DNA of 64,000 nt, taken from contig OY760935.1 of the NCBI GenBank assembly GCA_963664295.1, positions 352,001 to 416,000 on the forward strand. The letters run 5' to 3'. Every line of letters begins with the position of its first letter. Position 1 is the stretch's first letter. The position numbers and the translations under genes were made by a program. This DNA comes from Candidatus Altimarinota bacterium (lineage in GTDB: Bacteria > Patescibacteriota > Gracilibacteria > CAIRYL01 > GCA-016699755). The notes under the pieces are model-generated. The model was not told the origin of the DNA. It was given only the letters and a program-made list of their open reading frames with translations, and ran no database searches. Positions 59,538 through 64,000 of this stretch are shown piece after piece.

Positions 59538-59910
59538 ATCATTGTGGACTACGATCCGCAATCTCCTTGGACATACGCTCAAATACTATCTCGGTTATTA
59601 CAACAGTAATGACTACGGGAGACCCCTCGACTCGCTCCGCTCACTCGGGGTGACAAACTATTTCTGTCATTCTGAGCGAAGCGAAGAATCTCCTTGGACA
59701 TACGCTCAAATACTATCTCGGTTATTACAACAGTAATGGCTACGGGAGACCCCTCGACTCGCTCCGCTCACTCGGGGTGACAAACTATTTCTGTCATTCT
59801 GAGCGAAGCGAAGAATCTCCTTGGACATACGCTCAAATACTATCTCGGTTATTACAACAGTAATGGCTACGGGAGACCCCTCGACTCGCTCCGCTCACTC
59901 GGGGTGACAA
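59538..59910. repeat. Tandem array of a 127-bp REP/MITE-like unit (about 2.8 copies)
   Basis: atctccttggacatacgc at 59561, 59688 and 59815; one SNP (gactac vs ggctac) distinguishes copy 1. Confidence 0.95.
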
Positions 59911-59922
59911 AAAGAATCAGGC

Positions 59923-59953
59923 AAAAAAAGGGCACAAAAAGCGCCCTTCTTTT
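59923..59953 (-). terminator. his operon terminator-like hairpin
   Basis: aagggc-acaaaaagc-gccctt with a T-tract on the minus strand. Confidence 0.55.
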
Positions 59954-59966
59954 GTTAAAACTCTAT

Positions 59967-60359
59967 TTATTCTGGCAAAAGAGTTTTTATCTTACCACTA
60001 GTAGTATTAATAATACGGCTAAAGCAAGATTTCCAACCTTCAATGTGACAAGCTCCCTCCCCTTCCATTTCCACTACATAAATCAAAGTATCGTAATCAC
60101 AGTCCGTGCGAATATCTTTAATTTTTAAAGTGTCTCCAGAAGTTAAGCCTTTTGTCCACAATTCATTGCGTGAACGAGTCCAAAAAGTTGCCAAACCTGT
60201 TTCCAAAGTTTTTTCAAACGCCTCTTTGTTTACAAAACCTAGCATGAGAATTTCTCCTGTGGATTCCTCCTGCACTATTGCAGGCATTAAGCCATTTGGA
60301 TATTTCTCAAAATCCAGATCTTGCCAAGTTTCTCGAGGTTTTTTTGATAATTTATTCAT
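59967..60359 (-). CDS. hisI: Phosphoribosyl-AMP cyclohydrolase (stand-alone HisI)
   Basis: GL.PAIVQ…GEILML..N.EA…T…F.TRSR.ELW.KG.TSG, DCD.D, ACH.G..SCF. Confidence 0.93.
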   Translation of the reverse strand: MNKLSKKPRETWQDLDFEKYPNGLMPAIVQEESTGEILMLGFVNKEAFEKTLETGLATFWTRSRNELWTKGLTSGDTLKIKDIRTDCDYDTLIYVVEMEGEGACHIEGWKSCFSRIINTTSGKIKTLLPE

Positions 60360-60374
60360 TTTTTAAAATTAAAG

Positions 60375-60578
60375 TTAAAAATCAGTGATTGCGTTTTTAA
60401 ATTTTTGCATGAGTTCTTTTTCGCACTCTTCAAGTGATTGTGGGTCGCAATCAAATTGCAAAGTTAAAATATCGTCTATTAATTGGGAATATGCTTCCCA
60501 AATAGGCCTTAATTTTAAAAAATCTTTTCTTTGCATTGTTTTTCCCATGAAAATCACTTTTGATGATGAATTTTTCAT
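60375..60578 (-). CDS. Small hypothetical protein, 67 aa, inside the his operon
   Basis: Fills the hisG-hisI gap with 15-nt spacers on both sides. Confidence 0.55.
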   Translation of the reverse strand: MKNSSSKVIFMGKTMQRKDFLKLRPIWEAYSQLIDDILTLQFDCDPQSLEECEKELMQKFKNAITDF

Positions 60579-60593
60579 ATTGAGTTAAAAAAA

Positions 60594-61559
60594 TTAAATA
60601 ATTTGTGCCATTTTGTCTGCAACTTCTGCTTTTATTCTCTGGCTAAACACTACTCCTACATTAGTGGGCGTAATTCCCCGAACTCCTAAGCCTAAAAGCT
60701 TTAATGCAAGCCCATTAACTAATCTCTTAGGAACTAAAACATTAAGAGCAAGCCAATTAGAATTAGCAGTATCAGACACAGTTGGCGAAACATCAGCAGG
60801 TAAAAATTCTTTTACTTGATCCAGTTTGTCTTTTGGCACATTCATAGACACAAAACTAAGTGGCTCTTTTTCTGCACTCAAAACAGCCAACATAGAAACC
60901 GCCACTTCTTCAATAAGATTTCTTATTGTGGTGTCCTTGATTGCTTCTGGACTTAAAATCAACTGCGGATTACTTTTGTATAAAGTTGCTAACTCTTGAA
61001 ATCCGTTTGCTTTTAGCGTGCTTCCTGTTTCTGTGATGTCTGTAAATGCATCAGCCAAGCCAAAAATAGCTTTTGCCTCGGTTTTTCCTTCTGATGGATA
61101 AATATTGATATCATCAGGATTAAAGCCACAAAGTTCTTGTAATTTTTTGCTAGTTAAATTCGGCAATTCAGTTGCTATCACCTTTCCTCTGCAGGCTTCT
61201 ATTTCCGCTATGATTTCCGGATCAGAAGCAAGAACAAGTCTAGATGGTTTATTGGTTTTTTTGGAAAAAACCAAATCTGCAACAACTGGCAATTGCTCAA
61301 AACCAGCCTCTGCAATGTAATCACTACCAGTAATACCAGCATCAACTACGCCATTAGCAACATTGTTGGGCATTTCTTTACGATCCAGAACCCTAAAAAC
61401 CAAATCATCACTAACAGCAGATGGAACTTCGTATTTTCTACCTGGATCTTCTTTTAATAATCCAGATTTAGTTAAAACATTAACAGTTTTTTTGTTTAAA
61501 CTGCCAGAAGGAAGACCAAAATAAGTCTTGCCTGGAATTTTATTAAATTTATTAGTCAT
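60594..61559 (-). CDS. hisG: ATP phosphoribosyltransferase, long form
   Basis: GLP.GSL, R..E.P..V..G..DAGITG.D, RLVLA, IATE.PN, G.TE, D.TETG.TLKANG, C-terminal MNVP…LP…PTVS. Confidence 0.92.
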   Translation of the reverse strand: MTNKFNKIPGKTYFGLPSGSLNKKTVNVLTKSGLLKEDPGRKYEVPSAVSDDLVFRVLDRKEMPNNVANGVVDAGITGSDYIAEAGFEQLPVVADLVFSKKTNKPSRLVLASDPEIIAEIEACRGKVIATELPNLTSKKLQELCGFNPDDINIYPSEGKTEAKAIFGLADAFTDITETGSTLKANGFQELATLYKSNPQLILSPEAIKDTTIRNLIEEVAVSMLAVLSAEKEPLSFVSMNVPKDKLDQVKEFLPADVSPTVSDTANSNWLALNVLVPKRLVNGLALKLLGLGVRGITPTNVGVVFSQRIKAEVADKMAQII

Positions 61560-61576
61560 TGTAATTAAAAAAAATT

Positions 61577-61670
61577 AAAAAAGCCCTTAAATTAAACAAT
61601 TTAAGGGCTAAAAGTCGTATAAGTAAATTTTTTAAATCAATGGTCAAAAAACCACTCTCGACTTTCGCCC
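61577..61670 (-). promoter_or_regulatory. Attenuator: terminator (61582-61609 plus U-tract) and overlapping antiterminator (61659-61670 with 61605-61617)
   Basis: agcccttaaatt/aatttaagggct stem; minus-strand gggcgaaagtcg pairs with cgacttttagccc. Confidence 0.75.
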
Positions 61671-61714
61671 AAGTTGCGGTGATGCCAAAGATTTAAAAAT
61701 TGCCAAAAACTCAT
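61637..61714 (-). CDS. Putative his leader peptide MSFWQFLNLWHHRNLGESREWFFDH
   Basis: 25-aa ORF with tandem CAT CAC codons 8 nt before the antiterminator 5' strand. Confidence 0.65.
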   Translation of the reverse strand: MSFWQFLNLWHHRNLGESREWFFDH

Positions 61715-61730
61715 ATTAAATTTAAATTTT

Positions 61731-61763
61731 AAAAAAAACCTTTAAGGTTTAAACTCTTAAAGG
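61731..61763 (-). terminator. Terminator downstream of the RND adaptor gene
   Basis: cctttaag…cttaaagg hairpin followed by T8 on the minus strand. Confidence 0.7.
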
Positions 61764-61862
61764 CATATACTCTGAAACAAAAATAAGGATTATTCCAGGC
61801 AATGCCTAGAATTGATGACGAGCCTTATTTGTTTTTACTAACTTCATCGTATTTCTAATTTA

Positions 61863-63803
61863 CTACTGACTTTCATTATTGTCAAGTTTTTCTTGATCAT
61901 CACTATTTCCATTAACAGTTTTACTAATTTTTACCTCATCTCCATTTTCTAATCCCAAATTAGTTTCTGCAACTATTGCCTCACCTTCTTCAAGTCCGGA
62001 AATAATCTCTACAAAGCCCTCGCCTCTTCTTCCTATTTCAACAATTCTTCTTTCAACAAAGTTATCCTGAATTACAAATACTGTTGGTGGATTTTTGGAA
62101 ATAAGTGCGCTCAATGGAATACTTAAAAGACTTTCCGCTTTTTTTGCTTTTATTTCTGCTCTAGCAAAAGTATTAGCAAATAAATTTTTCTCTTTATTTT
62201 CAATTTCTATTTCAATTTTTACTTTCCTTGTATTTGGGTCTGCTGTTGGTGAGATATTTTTTATTCGACCTTTTTGTTCAATTTCTTGATTATCAATAAA
62301 AATGTTAGCTGTGTCACCTTCGGCAATTTTTCCAGCTTCCTCAGGAGCAAGATCGCCCTCAAGAGTTAAATAGTCAACCTCAGCAACTGAAAAAAGTTCA
62401 GCACCAGCATTAACAGTGTCACCCTGATCAACACTTTTTGAAACAATAACCCCGCTAACAGGACTTTCTATAGATAACTTTGAGTATGATAATTGTGCTG
62501 AATCAAGTTGTTTCTGTGCAGAATCACGAGCAGAACGAGCATTTTGAATTGCTATTTCATTTTGCTTTTTAGTGTTTTCGAGTTGTGCTTTTGCTGAATC
62601 CAAAGATTTTTGAGCAATTTCTATTTGTGAAGAAGTGGAAACCTTGCTCACATCAAGAGAAGCTTTTGTGTTTTCAAGATTATGCTCAGCTTGCTCAAGA
62701 TTTTCTTTGGCTACTGTCACAGCAAGTTCTCTTGCTCTAATAATTTGCGGTGATTGAATTAAATAATCAGAAATACTTTGAGAAATAGAGGTTAAAGTTG
62801 TCATTTGCACTTCTAATGAGCTTTTTGCCACTGTAATTTCACTTTTTAATCCAGCAAGAGAGCTTGTTGACAAACCTCCATTAGAAATGGTGTTTTGCAA
62901 TACTTCGTCCATTTGCTTCAAAAGTTCTCTATAAACTTTTGCTGTTGTCACACTATCTTTCAATATACTGTCAGCTTCTTCTAAATTACCCATACCTGCA
63001 AATTCACTTTCAAGTGCTTCTAGTTCTCTTTTTGCTGTTTTAAATTGCATTTTTACTTTTGGCATAAGCTCAGGTTTACGAATTGAGAGTATTCCTTCAT
63101 AGCTATCATTTAAATTTTTATTTTGATCAGTCACTCCTAATATCTCATCAACAGACTGCAAGTCGGAACGAAACTCTATTAAAACAACTGAATGAGCATT
63201 TTCCGCATTTTGAAGTAAATTTTTTCTTGTTTTTTCTTGATTTACCTTTTCGTCTGCTAAGTCTTTTTCTGCTATTTGCAAATTAACTTTTGCTGTTTCA
63301 ATCGCATTTTCTAATGATTTAATTTGTTCTTCGTTTGACAAATCTGTGCCTAAATCTGTTTTTTTAGCAACAGCAAGAGAAATTTCAGCTTGTTCGATAG
63401 CAAGCTGGGCAGTTCTTTCACTACTAGAAGCAGAAGAAATGGTAAAATCTAATAATCTTTGAGCATTATTTAAACTATTTTGAGCTGTTTCCAAGGTAAC
63501 CCTTGCAGGATTATCAGAGCTATCAAGACTTAAAAGTAAATCGCCTTTTTTTACGCGATCCCCTTCTTTAAAATTAAGTTTTTTTACAGTACCTGATGTT
63601 TCTGCGGAAATAATAGCCTCTGTTTTTGTTTTTAAATTTCCAGAAAGCTTAAAAATAGGCTGAAAATCTTGCTTTTTAACATCATAAGCAACAAGTTCAC
63701 GAGGTTCTTTTTTTGCTTCTTCTTCTACTTCTTCTGTTTTTCCGCAAGCAGAAAGCGAAAAAGTAAGTACAAAAGCCAATAATATTGAAATATATTTTTT
63801 CAT
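61863..63803 (-). CDS. Efflux RND/MacA-type periplasmic adaptor lipoprotein with very long coiled coil
   Basis: Lipobox LSAC; SG.V..L.FKEGD.VKKGD.L..LD; I.SP.SGV……GD.V..G..L; G.I..ISP.AD..TR; EI.SGL.EGE. Confidence 0.88.
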   Translation of the reverse strand: MKKYISILLAFVLTFSLSACGKTEEVEEEAKKEPRELVAYDVKKQDFQPIFKLSGNLKTKTEAIISAETSGTVKKLNFKEGDRVKKGDLLLSLDSSDNPARVTLETAQNSLNNAQRLLDFTISSASSSERTAQLAIEQAEISLAVAKKTDLGTDLSNEEQIKSLENAIETAKVNLQIAEKDLADEKVNQEKTRKNLLQNAENAHSVVLIEFRSDLQSVDEILGVTDQNKNLNDSYEGILSIRKPELMPKVKMQFKTAKRELEALESEFAGMGNLEEADSILKDSVTTAKVYRELLKQMDEVLQNTISNGGLSTSSLAGLKSEITVAKSSLEVQMTTLTSISQSISDYLIQSPQIIRARELAVTVAKENLEQAEHNLENTKASLDVSKVSTSSQIEIAQKSLDSAKAQLENTKKQNEIAIQNARSARDSAQKQLDSAQLSYSKLSIESPVSGVIVSKSVDQGDTVNAGAELFSVAEVDYLTLEGDLAPEEAGKIAEGDTANIFIDNQEIEQKGRIKNISPTADPNTRKVKIEIEIENKEKNLFANTFARAEIKAKKAESLLSIPLSALISKNPPTVFVIQDNFVERRIVEIGRRGEGFVEIISGLEEGEAIVAETNLGLENGDEVKISKTVNGNSDDQEKLDNNESQ

Positions 63804-63960
63804 AATTTTTTTTAGGATTGGTTAATCATTATAAAGAAAATAAGAAAAATAAGCAATCCTTTATGTTTTTTTAAAAATTAAAAATCCAAAAATCTTGACA
63901 AATAATTTATTTTAATTTTAAATATAATCTAAATTAAATTTAATGCTTATTTTAATAAAA

Positions 63961-64000
63961 ATGGAAAAACACTTAAACAAAGGTGCTTCAGCTACTGACA
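63961..64000 (+). CDS. 5' end of a CDS leaving the window (MEKHLNKGASATD…)
   Basis: ATG 63961 open to the edge; TTGACA at 63895-63900 upstream. Confidence 0.5.
   Translation, partial: MEKHLNKGASATD

Noticed and set aside
59515-59736. 73-aa ORF over the repeat array (also 59904-60128 and 40206-40457)
   Set aside because: Chance open frames across repeats or antisense to real genes, with weak start codons
59538-59910. CRISPR array
   Set aside because: The would-be spacers are identical, the period is 127 bp, no cas genes are present, and the unit belongs to the dispersed palindromic family
61560-61860. T-box riboswitch upstream of hisG
   Set aside because: No UGGNACC antiterminator bulge and no AG-box/GNUG stem I motifs; the leader-peptide model fits better

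Overview
AT-rich bacterial chromosomal window. It most resembles a Patescibacteria (CPR) genome of the Peregrinibacteria/Gracilibacteria neighbourhood; this is inferred from tandem VirB2/TrbC-like pilin-repeat proteins, a PP2C-like/TM/propeller protein and large orphan surface proteins. It uses standard code 11, since TGA acts as a stop in ATGA overlaps. Most of it is housekeeping: radC, leuCD, leuB, yebC, dnaX, fau/ygfA, glyA, fusA, priA, rluD-like, tyrS, pyrD, miaB, nadC, PBP, holB, ricT, ymdB, ctpA, rmuC-like, uvrB, hisI, hisG. Single orphan genes are interspersed. I saw no rRNA, tRNA, CRISPR, integrase, transposase or reverse transcriptase. The most interesting signals are non-coding or small-ORF features missed by the ORF track. 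(1) A self-contained minus-strand unit at 11661-12370: consensus promoter, structured leader, 4-TM protein, a 12-bp 5'-3' long-range pairing next to the SD, and a bistable terminator/antiterminator 3' RNA. (2) Two identical 154-bp tandem copies of the yebC 5' end carrying a premature stop and synonymous changes, plus an analogous 43-bp duplication of the miaB 3' end. (3) A His-His leader-peptide attenuator ahead of hisG. (4) A TPR-like/HD-GYP gene divergent from a 28-aa SHP-like peptide ORF. (5) A dispersed GTCAT...ATGAC palindromic MITE/REP family found only between convergent genes, including a 127-bp tandem array. All protein calls come from motif recognition by eye; no searches or folding programs were run.
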